A DNA stretch of 64,000 nt from Candidatus Poribacteria bacterium. Lineage in GTDB: Bacteria > Poribacteria > WGA-4E > WGA-3G. This document shows positions 43,810 through 53,723 of this stretch, piece after piece; the stretch's first letter is position 1, and each line of letters starts with the position of its first letter. The stretch is from positions 4,160,001 through 4,224,000 of the forward strand of contig OZ244048.1 in the NCBI GenBank assembly GCA_965215265.1. The letters run 5' to 3'. The notes under the pieces were generated by a model that was not told the origin of the DNA, searched no databases, and worked only from the letters and a program-made list of their open reading frames with translations. Position numbers and translations under genes: made by a program.

Positions 43810-44397
43810 GTGGATACTTTGCATAGCATCCGTCGCTCACTCCTAGAGAGCCGCGAAGTCCTCAATCAGTTTATCCAAAAACCGGAGAACCTCGCTATCA
43901 TCGCGCAAGCCGTAACACGGATACACGCCGTTTTTGAACGGCAAGGCAGAATCTTTACGTGTGGTAACGGCGGAAGCCTGTGCGATGCCATCCATTTTGC
44001 AGAAGAATGCAGCGGGAAGTTTCGCGACGAACGGAGACCGCTGCCAGCAATTGCACTCAGCGATGCAGGACATCTTACATGCACCGCTAACGATTTCGGA
44101 TTTGACGAGGTGTTTGCACGGCCCGTATTAGCTTTAGGGCACCCAGGCGACCTGCTTCTCGCACTCTCAACGAGCGGGAATTCCGCCAACGTCACCCGGG
44201 CAGCAGAAGCCGCCAAATCACGCGGCATGCACGTGCTCGGATTGCTCGGTAAGGATGGCGGTGTACTTAAAAACCACTGCGATATTTACCTTATTGCCCC
44301 GGGGCAGACCGCAGATCGGATTCAGGAAATCCATACTAAGGTGTTGCATATCCTCATTGAACACGTGGAACGATTGATGTTTCCGGAAAATTACTGA
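43810..44397 (+). CDS. gmhA: sedoheptulose-7-phosphate isomerase (SIS domain)
   Basis: CGNGGS..DA.HFAEE, TANDFG, STSGNS.N, DRIQEIH. Confidence 0.85.
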   Translation: MDTLHSIRRSLLESREVLNQFIQKPENLAIIAQAVTRIHAVFERQGRIFTCGNGGSLCDAIHFAEECSGKFRDERRPLPAIALSDAGHLTCTANDFGFDEVFARPVLALGHPGDLLLALSTSGNSANVTRAAEAAKSRGMHVLGLLGKDGGVLKNHCDIYLIAPGQTADRIQEIHTKVLHILIEHVERLMFPENY

Positions 44398-44431
44398 ATA
44401 GCATCTTTTACTAACTAGCAAAGGAGACCTC

Positions 44432-44710
44432 GTGATGGAGACAACACAACTAAACCGGACCTATTGGCGAAAAAATCTACAGTATCTAGCTATTTTACCC
44501 GGACCCTGGTTTATAACCTCGTATCTCTGCTCAATTGTATTCGTTGAACAGTTAGACAAAATCCAAATCGGCGGTTACCGCCTCGGTTTCTACTTCGCAC
44601 AGCAGGCCTCGATATGGATTTTCGTCAGCCTGAGCTTTGTCTATGCAGGGTTGATGAACCGCTTAGAGAAAAAGCATCTAGGCAGTGAAGAAACAGAGGA
44701 AACTGAGTAG
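44432..44710 (+). CDS. DUF4212 family small membrane protein (solute:sodium symporter small subunit)
   Basis: YWRKNL...GFYFAQQASI..F....Y...MNRL. Confidence 0.8.
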   Translation: MMETTQLNRTYWRKNLQYLAILPGPWFITSYLCSIVFVEQLDKIQIGGYRLGFYFAQQASIWIFVSLSFVYAGLMNRLEKKHLGSEETEETE

Positions 44711-44731
44711 ATATGAACGTACAAGCAATGA

Positions 44732-44894
44732 TTTTTCGCCTACTGCAGCACTAGACTAATTAATGTAATGTAAACCCTAGCACAAATCTCGTCTGAGCCC
44801 TTCGAGGTCTAGAATCTAAACAGAGAAAGCCTCCGACGAGATTTACACACGAATACTCACAACATAAACGTTAACGGTACGGAGATATACAAAA
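44732..44894 (+). repeat. modular palindromic intergenic element, single complete copy (about 163 bp)
   Basis: TTTTTCGCCTACTGCAGCAC...AAATCTCGTC...GACGAGATTT...GTACGGAGATATACAAAA. Confidence 0.9.
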
Positions 44895-45054
44895 CTTCAT
44901 TGTTTCCATCGGAGTTTCAGCCTTCACACCCCACCACCGGACGAAGTGCGAGAACTCGTCGAGGAGATCCGACTTCCTTAAAAACTGGCAGCACGCATCT
45001 GTTCAATATGCGCGTAAATATCTGCGTAAAAGAAATCTAAGTAGAGGTACTTCA

Positions 45055-46713
45055 ATGAGACAAAAACTGATACCGACGATTCTTATTCTCAGCGGCATCC
45101 TGCTTTTAGCAATATTAGCAAACGCAGCAAAAGTTAAAGACTTTATTCCGAAAGAGACCGCACTCTATCTGAAATTACAAGATATTGACGAAGCATACGC
45201 CGCACTCGGTAGGTCTGAAAACTGGAAAAAAGTGCACACACTCTTGCAAGATACCGCCCCAGAAGTACAGCAAGGACTCACAACAGCACTCACACTGTTC
45301 GGGACTGACTTGCCAACCTTGATCGGGAGCATAGGCTACCGGACAGGAATAGCGATCTGGAAAAATGAAACGAGCGAACTTCAAATGGGGTTCGTTGTCC
45401 ATTCTGGTGGGCATATAGGCGAACTCCAACGGTTGACTAAAATCCTCACCGGTATGATAGGCATGCAGGCTAACAATACGCTACAGCCCGAAGCCGGAGA
45501 ATATAGAAAAGTTAAATACGGTACCCTCGAATTGCCCGGGCAACTCATCAGCTACGGATTTGTAGATGAATTTTTGGTTGCAGGTATTGGCGATGGAAGT
45601 TTTGAGAAACTGATTGATACCTTCCAAAAAAGCACACCGTCTATTGCAAAAAAGCCAGAATTTGCCGCCGGTAAAAAATTAGATTCTGGACAAGTTATAG
45701 CGTTTGCCAATGTTCAAGAGATACTGCCATTAATCAGAGAACTAGATGAGATTGAGCAAGCACAATTCTCCATTTTTCAAACTGTGTTTGGAAGGCTCAA
45801 TTTATTGGAGACTGGGCCGGTGCTTGAGGTGACTGCACAATTTCGGCAAAACTCGCAAGAAGATGCCGAACACCCAGAAAACATTATTGGGCTTTTTTTG
45901 AAGGAAGGGGCACCTCTCAAAACGCTCAATGCGGTGTCAAGGCACACAGATCTATTTATTGCTGTTGCCCCTGCAATTTTGGAGGCAGCCTGGCAACTTG
46001 TGCGCAACCATCTCGAAAAAGACGCTACAAATGACACCCATGCAGCGATGACGTTTATTGAAGGGTTTTTGAATCTGAATTTTGAAGAAGATGTCGTGGC
46101 TGGAGTCACCGGCGAATTGGCACTCTCTGCATCTGATTTAACCCAATTTAATCCAGAGGCATTGGATAACCTCAATTTAAACTTTGATAATGGAACATTT
46201 GAACCTGATGCCGGACAGGTGGATACACAATTCTGCTTCGTTTTCAACCCAAGTTACCCCGTAAAATGGAATCAGGTAGGCAACAGTCTTGCCAATTTAC
46301 AGAACGTCTCTGTAATTCAATCCGATTATAGAGGCTCAACGGTGTCTGAGTTTGCTGAAAATATCTACTACGGTGAGACAGCCGGTATGTCTCTTTTAGG
46401 TTTTTCTGAAGACGAGATACACGTAGTGATTGACACGAGCATGGAAAAAAAGCAACCCGCACATTTAAAGCAGTTGCCTAAATCACCCACAGCCGTTGTG
46501 CAGCTCAACGTCGCACGACTCTTAGAAATCAACCGAGGCATACCACCAACAGAACGATTCATTGCAGATGCGTCAGAAATTATGCCCTTGCTGGCATGGG
46601 TTTCAGTAAAAGACCAGACTGCACTTTTAACAGTAACACTATCAGACAAAGAGATACCTATTGAGGTTCTTGCGAAACTAGCACCCTTTGTCGTAGGGAG
46701 TCTAAACAAATAG
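45055..46713 (+). CDS. hypothetical secreted protein (DUF3352-like)
   Basis: Signal peptide ending ANA; 552-aa ORF with GAGGT RBS; family assignment tentative. Confidence 0.65.
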   Translation: MRQKLIPTILILSGILLLAILANAAKVKDFIPKETALYLKLQDIDEAYAALGRSENWKKVHTLLQDTAPEVQQGLTTALTLFGTDLPTLIGSIGYRTGIAIWKNETSELQMGFVVHSGGHIGELQRLTKILTGMIGMQANNTLQPEAGEYRKVKYGTLELPGQLISYGFVDEFLVAGIGDGSFEKLIDTFQKSTPSIAKKPEFAAGKKLDSGQVIAFANVQEILPLIRELDEIEQAQFSIFQTVFGRLNLLETGPVLEVTAQFRQNSQEDAEHPENIIGLFLKEGAPLKTLNAVSRHTDLFIAVAPAILEAAWQLVRNHLEKDATNDTHAAMTFIEGFLNLNFEEDVVAGVTGELALSASDLTQFNPEALDNLNLNFDNGTFEPDAGQVDTQFCFVFNPSYPVKWNQVGNSLANLQNVSVIQSDYRGSTVSEFAENIYYGETAGMSLLGFSEDEIHVVIDTSMEKKQPAHLKQLPKSPTAVVQLNVARLLEINRGIPPTERFIADASEIMPLLAWVSVKDQTALLTVTLSDKEIPIEVLAKLAPFVVGSLNK

Positions 46714-46772
46714 CGGTTAATCCTACCTATATAGGCGGGATGTGACATCTCGCCGCATCCGGAGTATTTAGC

Positions 46773-47585
46773 ATGATTGATGTCTGTTTTTTTGCTGATG
46801 AAATTTCCAAAACCGATTTTGAAGAAGCCGTCAAGCTTGGTGTTGAAGCCGGCGCAAATACCGTGGAAGTCCGAGGTGGTGTCTGGGGCAAACACGTTAC
46901 CGAAATTGACGACGACGATGTGAAGCGCGCACAGGATGTGCTGAGCACCTACAACGTCCGTGTCGCCAGCATCGGCTCACCGTTCGGCAAATGCGCTATA
47001 GACAATCCGAAAGAATATGAGCAGCACCTCCGTTATTTTGACCGGATGGTTGAACTCGCGCATGCCTTTGATACGAACATAATTCGAGGCTTTGCATTTT
47101 GGAATCCCAATCGAAGAGTTAAAGGGGCACCGCGCCCTGATATTAACGACTATCTGGAGGACATCGCGGAGAAACTCGCACCAGTCGTCCCAATTGCCGA
47201 GAGCGCGAAGGTCACACTCTCCTTTGAAAATGAAAACGCAACACTCGCCGGAACCTGTGAGGAGACGCGCACTGTCATCAATGCACTCGGCAATAGTTCC
47301 GCGCTAACTTCCTGCTGGGATGTCAATAACGGGTTGCATTGCGGAGAAAACCCTCTCCCGGATGGCTACGCTCACATCAAAGGACTCGTGACGCACGTCC
47401 ACGTCAAACCTAACACTCAAAAAAAACTTAATCCTATTGGAGAAACCGGATTACAATATGAACAACTCTTAGAAACGCTCGCCGCAGACGGATTTACCGG
47501 GGCAGCGAGTATTGAGCACTGGGGCACACCAGAGCAGATGCTAGCAGGTGTCCGTCAACTCCGCGCAGTCGTTGACGCGATGTAA
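46773..47585 (+). CDS. sugar phosphate isomerase/epimerase (AP endonuclease 2 TIM barrel)
   Basis: FADEIS, IGSPFGK, FENE, WDVNN, HVHVK, SIEH. Confidence 0.85.
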   Translation: MIDVCFFADEISKTDFEEAVKLGVEAGANTVEVRGGVWGKHVTEIDDDDVKRAQDVLSTYNVRVASIGSPFGKCAIDNPKEYEQHLRYFDRMVELAHAFDTNIIRGFAFWNPNRRVKGAPRPDINDYLEDIAEKLAPVVPIAESAKVTLSFENENATLAGTCEETRTVINALGNSSALTSCWDVNNGLHCGENPLPDGYAHIKGLVTHVHVKPNTQKKLNPIGETGLQYEQLLETLAADGFTGAASIEHWGTPEQMLAGVRQLRAVVDAM

Positions 47586-47591
47586 CCAAAG

Positions 47592-48593
47592 ATGAGAACC
47601 CTGAACATGAAAATAAAACCGGACTATGCAAACCTCAATTGGCAAGGGGCCATTTCCCTTCAGAAGGCAACAGACTGGGTGATGCCGTGGCGCACACCGC
47701 ATCCAGAACATCTCTTATTTCCTGAACCGTTGCTCGAACGTTCGGCGATGCCTGCCGGCGTTCGCATCAGTTTTAAAAGTGATACAACGCACATCGCAGG
47801 CAGCATTGTCCCGCAACTCGAAAGCGGCACCCTTGATCTCTGTTGTGATAGCGAATTTATAGCAGGTTACGAGTTAGCCGGAAAAGAGCGTTTTGTATTT
47901 GAGAACCTACCGGCGAAACCAAAATTGATTGAATTGTGGCTGCCCCAATACGGCACCTTTCAACTCCGAAGTTTGGAAATCGATGACGGCGCAACGTTGG
48001 AAGCCTTCACCGACTCTCGTCCGAAATGGATTACCTACGGCAGCTCCATAACGCAATGCCGAGCGGCAGCCTCACCTACACAGACATGGCCGGCCATTGT
48101 CGCACGCGAACACGGGCTCAATTTAACCTGTCTCGGCTATGGTGGACAGTGTCATCTTGATGCAATGGTGTCGCGAATGATTCGTGACAGCTCCGCAGAT
48201 TACCTCTCTATGTGTCTCGGAATCAACATCCAAGGCGCATCAAGCTTAGGACCGCGCGCGTTCCGACCAGCGATTATCGGGGCAGTGCAGATTCTTCGAG
48301 AGAAGCACCCAGATACGCCCCTCGTGCTAATGTCACCAATTTATTCCGAACCCAGAGAAGAAACACCAAACGCCGTCGGATTCCATCTCAAAAAGATGCG
48401 TGAAGAAGTTCAAGAAGCCGCTGAAACCCTTCAAACATACGGAGACCGGAACCTCCATTACGTGGACGGCCTAGACGTGTTCGGAACCGATTATGCACAT
48501 CTGCTCCCAGATGACCTTCACCCCGATGCAGAAGGCTATCGTACAATGGGCAGGAATTTCTTAGAGCAGGTGGCGCGCAAATTTTTCATTTGA
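47592..48593 (+). CDS. SGNH/GDSL hydrolase family protein
   Basis: YGSSITQ, LGYGG, GIN, DDLHP. Confidence 0.85.
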   Translation: MRTLNMKIKPDYANLNWQGAISLQKATDWVMPWRTPHPEHLLFPEPLLERSAMPAGVRISFKSDTTHIAGSIVPQLESGTLDLCCDSEFIAGYELAGKERFVFENLPAKPKLIELWLPQYGTFQLRSLEIDDGATLEAFTDSRPKWITYGSSITQCRAAASPTQTWPAIVAREHGLNLTCLGYGGQCHLDAMVSRMIRDSSADYLSMCLGINIQGASSLGPRAFRPAIIGAVQILREKHPDTPLVLMSPIYSEPREETPNAVGFHLKKMREEVQEAAETLQTYGDRNLHYVDGLDVFGTDYAHLLPDDLHPDAEGYRTMGRNFLEQVARKFFI

Positions 48594-48834
48594 AACATTC
48601 AAACTTTGACTGATTCAAAGATCCGGTTGCAAAGAAATCCTATTGCCACACAACCGATGATCGAATAAACTGAAAATTGTGGTATTTTCGGACAGAATCT
48701 GTTAGAATTATACAAAGACATTAAATGCCGAAACAAAAGCAGAACAGGTTAAGGGAAGAGAGAACCTTGTTGAAACGATAATCGCCATCGTTCAACATGT
48801 CTTAACGCTAGTTACGCATCCAGGAGGAATCTCC

Positions 48835-49551
48835 ATGAAAGCGACAACGTATTGTTTACTCGTTATGACTGTAATGTTTATTGCACCTGCACTTTTCGCA
48901 CTGCATGAAGATCAACAGGGACCCGAGAAATTCGGAAGATACGAGTTTAAGGAACAGGATATCAAGGCAGCGACAGATGCCTGCGAAGCAGACGGGAAAC
49001 CAGGACCTGAATTCGTACCGACGGTTCGCGATAATGAACCCAACTTAGCGCTACTCAAAGATGCGAAAGCCGAGGTATCTTCTCAATTGGAGGGATGGTG
49101 CCCCCGACGGCACTGCATCGAATATCTCAACGACGGATTTTATAATAACTGCCGCAGCTGGATCATTGGTGCAATACCCGGCTGGGCACAGATTGACATC
49201 GGGGATGTCGCGAATGTCAACCGTATCTTTTTCGGCAGTGACCACTCGCAAGGATTTAACGACCGGACAACTGCTGATTTTGATATCCTCGTGGCAACCA
49301 CGAAGGCAGATGCAAACTCAGATGCAAACACGTGGAAGAAGGTTTATACCCATAAGAATGGCCCAGTCAGCAAGACAACAGAGTTTACATTCAAGGATGT
49401 GGAAGCACGATGGGTGCGTATCCATATCCGCGCGAATGGCGGCGCACGGATTGATGAACTCGAAATTTATGGAGGCAAAGACCCCATGCCTGTTAAGCCC
49501 GCAGCGAAACTAACCACAACCTGGGGCAACGTAAAAAACTTCTTGCCATAA
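48835..49551 (+). CDS. secreted discoidin/F5-8 type C domain protein
   Basis: Signal peptide; NLAL...LNDG...W.QIDIG...ARWVRI...IDELEIY; C-terminus PVKPAAKLTTTWGNVK. Confidence 0.75.
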   Translation: MKATTYCLLVMTVMFIAPALFALHEDQQGPEKFGRYEFKEQDIKAATDACEADGKPGPEFVPTVRDNEPNLALLKDAKAEVSSQLEGWCPRRHCIEYLNDGFYNNCRSWIIGAIPGWAQIDIGDVANVNRIFFGSDHSQGFNDRTTADFDILVATTKADANSDANTWKKVYTHKNGPVSKTTEFTFKDVEARWVRIHIRANGGARIDELEIYGGKDPMPVKPAAKLTTTWGNVKNFLP

Positions 49552-49647
49552 CAATCTATACGGAAATTAGAATGCGACACGCTATCTTTTTCATACTCGT
49601 GAGGCCCGTCGGAACGGTTTCCGCTGATATTCTTTTTCATGACGAGA

Positions 49648-50047
49648 TTTTTAGTATATTTTAGTACAATAAAGGCTGCTGCAAGGTTTAACCTTAGCAT
49701 AAACCTCACCAGAGCCGTTTGGTGTTATGATTTTAAAGACTATACCCAGAGAGTCTCCTACGAAATTTACATCGGAGCGTTTAAACATAACCTTTGACGG
49801 TACGGAGATATACGAAAGATCAAAGCATAAACGGTGATGGTACGAAGATATACAAAAGATTGAATCTAAACATCGGAAACCTCCGACGAGATTTACACAC
49901 GAATACTCACAACATAAACGCCGACGGTACGAAGAGATACAAAAGATTGAATCTAAACATCGGAAACCTCCGACGAGATTTACACGCGAGTTGTCAATAC
50001 CTAAGCGTTGATGGTACGGAGATATACGAAAACGGAGATATACGAAA
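49648..50047 (+). repeat. modular palindromic intergenic element with multiple right-arm units
   Basis: TTTTTAGTATATTTTAGTAC...several GTACG(G/A)AGATATAC and GACGAGATTTACAC units. Confidence 0.9.
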
Positions 50048-50067
50048 GAAGGAGGCAATGTTTCATA

Positions 50068-53000
50068 GTGGACAGCATACACCAATCAAGTTTAGAACGA
50101 AACCCGCAGATCCGCTTCGTGCAGAATTTGCGAATGCTAGCATATAATTCCGTCAGAGGCCCCTTAGTGCTCCTGTTTCTACTAGGCATAGTCGCGCAAT
50201 CCGCCGATGCCGAACGGATTTACTTCGACCGGGATATCCGCCCCATTTTGGCAGATAAGTGCTACGCCTGCCACGGTCCAGATCCCGCACAACGCCAAGC
50301 TGAGCTAAGACTTGACACGAAGGAGGAGGCATTCTCCGCACCCAGTGGATATCCAATTATTGTGCCAGGGGATATAGAAAATAGTGAGCTCGTCAGACGG
50401 ATTACACATCCAGATCCCGCACAGCGGATGCCCCCCCAGACCTCAAATCGCCAGCCAACCCAGACGCAAATTAACACCCTTATACAATGGATTAAACAAG
50501 GCGCAGAATGGGAGGAGCATTGGGTCTACAAATTGCCACAGCACGTTGAGCCACCCAACCTGCAAAACAGCGAGTGGGGGCGAAACCGCATTGATGAATT
50601 TATACTCGGAAGATTGGAAGCTGAAGCACTTAAACCATCAGCAGAAGCAGACAAACGCACCCTCATCCGCCGGCTATACTCTGATCTTACCGGGCTGCTG
50701 CCTAAACCTACCGAAGTCGATCGGTTCGTAAAAGATGAACACCCGAAGGCTTATGAACAACTTGTCAACAGGTTGCTATCTGCACCACAATATGGCGAAC
50801 GGATGGCAACTTACTGGCTCGATCTGGTCCGTTACGCCGATACCAGCGGATACCACGCTGATGAGAACGTTAGCACCTGGCCCTATCGCGACTACGTAAT
50901 TCGTGCCTTTAATGAAAATATGCCCTTTGATCAATTCACTTTGGAAAATCTTGCCGGAGACCTAATGCCTAACCCTACCCTCCAGCAGAAGGTTGCATCA
51001 GGCTACAACCGCCTCAACCAGACAACTTCAGAGGGCGGTGCCCAGGCAAAGGAGTACCTCGCTATTTACGCCGCCGATCGCGTCCGAACCACAGCCTCTG
51101 TCTGGCTCGGCGCTACGCTCGGATGCGCACAGTGCCACGACCACAAATTTGATCCATACACCGCAAAAGATTTTTACAGCTTCGCAGCTTTCTTTGCTGA
51201 TGTTGAGGGACCCGGTGTATACGGCGGACGCAGCAAATGGCTCCCAATTGTCATGCTACCTACACCTGAACAGCAGGCAGTCATCCAAGAAATTGACCAC
51301 GAATTAGCAAAATTGAGAAAGGTGTTCGAAGCATCATCACCAGCATTAGAAGCAGAACAGGCACGTTGGGAGACTCAAATTCTTTCGCAGCTCTCTTCAA
51401 ACGAGAAAGCTGACTTCGCATGGGTAGACGATGCACAAGCCAACGGCGGCAGGACCGAAGGCAAGTGGAATTTTGTTCCCCAAAATGAAGCACCGGTTTT
51501 CAGCAAGCAGTTCTCGCGTCAGCAGAAAGCATCCGCTGAACAGACGCTCCAGCACAGCTTCCGCGGGGCGAATCGTACATTCACCTTGGCTGAAGGAGAC
51601 CGGCTGTTTGCCTACATCTGGATAGACACCGAAAATCCACCCAAAACCCTCATGCTCCAATGGAATGACGGCGATTGGGAGCACCGAGCATTCTGGGGTG
51701 AAGATAAAATTAACTTTGGCGAAATAGGAACCGATACACCCGCCCACAAACCGATGGGCAATCTGCCAACCGCAGGAAAATGGGTAAGACTTGAAGTAGC
51801 TCCAGCAGACATTGGACTGGAGCCCGGAAATGTCTTAAACGGTATGGCGTTCGCTCAATTGGGCGGCACCGTCTATTGGGATGTCGCAGGCATCGCCACA
51901 ACGCGCGGCTCGGCGGTTAAACATACCCACACGGAAAAGGTGATTGAGACAATTCAGGTAGATGCCGCTGTCAGAACCACACGGCAACGCAAACAAATTG
52001 CCGACGAGTACCGCCGCACCACACCTGCACTTGATGGAATACGGAATCAGATCGCCGATTTAGAGAAACGGAGAACTGATACTGAATCACAGAGCCCATA
52101 CTCGTTGACAACCGTATCAGTGCAACCACGTACAACGCGCGTACTGCCGAGAGGAAATTGGATGGACGATTCCGGTGAAATCGTTGAGCCGACAGTACCG
52201 GAATTCCTTGGCGACTTAGGTATCAAAAACCGCCGCCCGACTCGCCTGGACCTCGCCAACTGGATTGTGTCAAAGGAAAATCCACTGACGGCACGCGCGT
52301 TTGTGAATCGTCTCTGGGCACTCTTCTTCGGCACGGGGCTCTCACGCGTACTAGATGATCTCGGCGCACAAGGCGAATCTCCCGTCCATCCCGAGCTCCT
52401 CGATTGGCTCGCTGTCGAATTTATGGAGAATGGGTGGAATGTCAAACACATCGTCAAACTCATCGTAACCTCTAATACATACCGCCAATCTTCAAAAATG
52501 ACTGATGAATTGTATGAAAGGGATGCTTACAACCGCCTCTTAGCACGCCAGTCTCACTGGAGACTCAGCGCAGAATTCGTCCGAGATAATGCACTGCTCT
52601 TGAGTGGGCTGCTTGTCCCTAGAATTGGCGGACCGAGCGTAAGACCTTATCAGCCAAAAGGCTACTACGCAAACCTCAATTTCCCCAAACGCACCTACCT
52701 TCACGACAAAGGTGAAAGCCAGTACCGCCGCGGGCTTTATACGCATTGGCAGCGGACTTTCTTGCACCCAAGCTTGATGGCGTTTGATGCACCAAGCCGA
52801 CAGGAATGCACCGCCGAGCGCGCAACGTCTAATACACCGATGCAGGCACTCACACTGCTTAATGACCCAACCTACGTCGAGGCAGCACGCGTATTCGCAG
52901 CACGGATCATTAAAGAGGGCGGACAAACCGTGCCCGAGCGAATCAACTGGGCATACCAAGCCGCTTTATCTCGTCTACCGCAGCCCCAAGAATTCGAGGT

Positions 53001-53181
53001 TATAACGACACTCTACGAAAAGCACAGCAGCGATTACACGAGTCATCAAGACGCTGCAAAGAGTTTCGTCGCAACCGGCGAATCACCTGCAACGGAAGGG
53101 GTTAAACCTCATGAGTTAGCAGCATGGACCTCTGTTGCACGCGTGATATTGAACCTGCATGAGACAATTACACGGTATTGA
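50068..53181 (+). CDS. planctomycete cytochrome c / DUF1549 / DUF1553 (PSD1) domain protein
   Basis: CYACHG, YGERMA..WLDLVRYAD, GCAQCHDHKFDP, NPLTARAFVNRLW, SNTPMQAL; start uncertain (GTG 50068 or ATG 50134). Confidence 0.9.
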   Translation: MDSIHQSSLERNPQIRFVQNLRMLAYNSVRGPLVLLFLLGIVAQSADAERIYFDRDIRPILADKCYACHGPDPAQRQAELRLDTKEEAFSAPSGYPIIVPGDIENSELVRRITHPDPAQRMPPQTSNRQPTQTQINTLIQWIKQGAEWEEHWVYKLPQHVEPPNLQNSEWGRNRIDEFILGRLEAEALKPSAEADKRTLIRRLYSDLTGLLPKPTEVDRFVKDEHPKAYEQLVNRLLSAPQYGERMATYWLDLVRYADTSGYHADENVSTWPYRDYVIRAFNENMPFDQFTLENLAGDLMPNPTLQQKVASGYNRLNQTTSEGGAQAKEYLAIYAADRVRTTASVWLGATLGCAQCHDHKFDPYTAKDFYSFAAFFADVEGPGVYGGRSKWLPIVMLPTPEQQAVIQEIDHELAKLRKVFEASSPALEAEQARWETQILSQLSSNEKADFAWVDDAQANGGRTEGKWNFVPQNEAPVFSKQFSRQQKASAEQTLQHSFRGANRTFTLAEGDRLFAYIWIDTENPPKTLMLQWNDGDWEHRAFWGEDKINFGEIGTDTPAHKPMGNLPTAGKWVRLEVAPADIGLEPGNVLNGMAFAQLGGTVYWDVAGIATTRGSAVKHTHTEKVIETIQVDAAVRTTRQRKQIADEYRRTTPALDGIRNQIADLEKRRTDTESQSPYSLTTVSVQPRTTRVLPRGNWMDDSGEIVEPTVPEFLGDLGIKNRRPTRLDLANWIVSKENPLTARAFVNRLWALFFGTGLSRVLDDLGAQGESPVHPELLDWLAVEFMENGWNVKHIVKLIVTSNTYRQSSKMTDELYERDAYNRLLARQSHWRLSAEFVRDNALLLSGLLVPRIGGPSVRPYQPKGYYANLNFPKRTYLHDKGESQYRRGLYTHWQRTFLHPSLMAFDAPSRQECTAERATSNTPMQALTLLNDPTYVEAARVFAARIIKEGGQTVPERINWAYQAALSRLPQPQEFEVITTLYEKHSSDYTSHQDAAKSFVATGESPATEGVKPHELAAWTSVARVILNLHETITRY

Positions 53182-53202
53182 TGATGAATAACATGAAATC
53201 TA

Positions 53203-53604
53203 TTTGTCTACTGCAGCACAATACCAATTGCTGCAATGTAAACCTTAGCACAAATCTCGTTCTTTCGTCTACAGGCACCCCATAAAGGCTGCTGCGATTT
53301 ACAAACCTTTACAAATCTCGCCAGAGCCGCTTTATGCTATGCCTAAGGAATCTCCGACGAGATTTACACAAGAGCAGCGTTGTAAAATCATAACCTTTGA
53401 TGGTACGGAGATAGACAAAAAACGAGATTTACACACGAGTTATTATTACATACGCGGTGATAGTACGGAGATATACGAAAAAACGAGATTTACACACGAG
53501 TTATTATTACATACGCGGTGATAGTACGGAGATAGACAAAAAAACGAGATTTACATCGGAGTTGACACAACATAACCTTTGATGGTACGAAGATAGACAA
53601 AAAA
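53203..53604 (+). repeat. modular palindromic intergenic element with four right-arm units
   Basis: TTTGTCTACTGCAGCAC...; 4x ACGAGATTTACA...GTACG(G/A)AGATA(T/G)AC. Confidence 0.9.
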
Positions 53605-53723
53605 GCGGATAAAATCGGCCCAAGACTCTCTCGTGGGGTTTCTTCTCGGTTTCGCTCCATTTTTTGGGTTGACTTGGTTTGTTTACTGCGTCGCTTACTT
53701 TGTCGTAATAGGAGGAATCAGAT

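Noticed and set aside
44732-44894. Canonical integron attC site
   Set aside because: Nested palindrome, but lacks RYYYAAC/GTTRRRY ends; no integrase in the window; copies sit inside a conserved operon.
53340-53604. Regularly spaced GAGATWTAC repeats as a CRISPR array
   Set aside because: Intervening segments are homologous or duplicated, repeats are degenerate and alternate in type, copies are scattered, and no cas genes are present.
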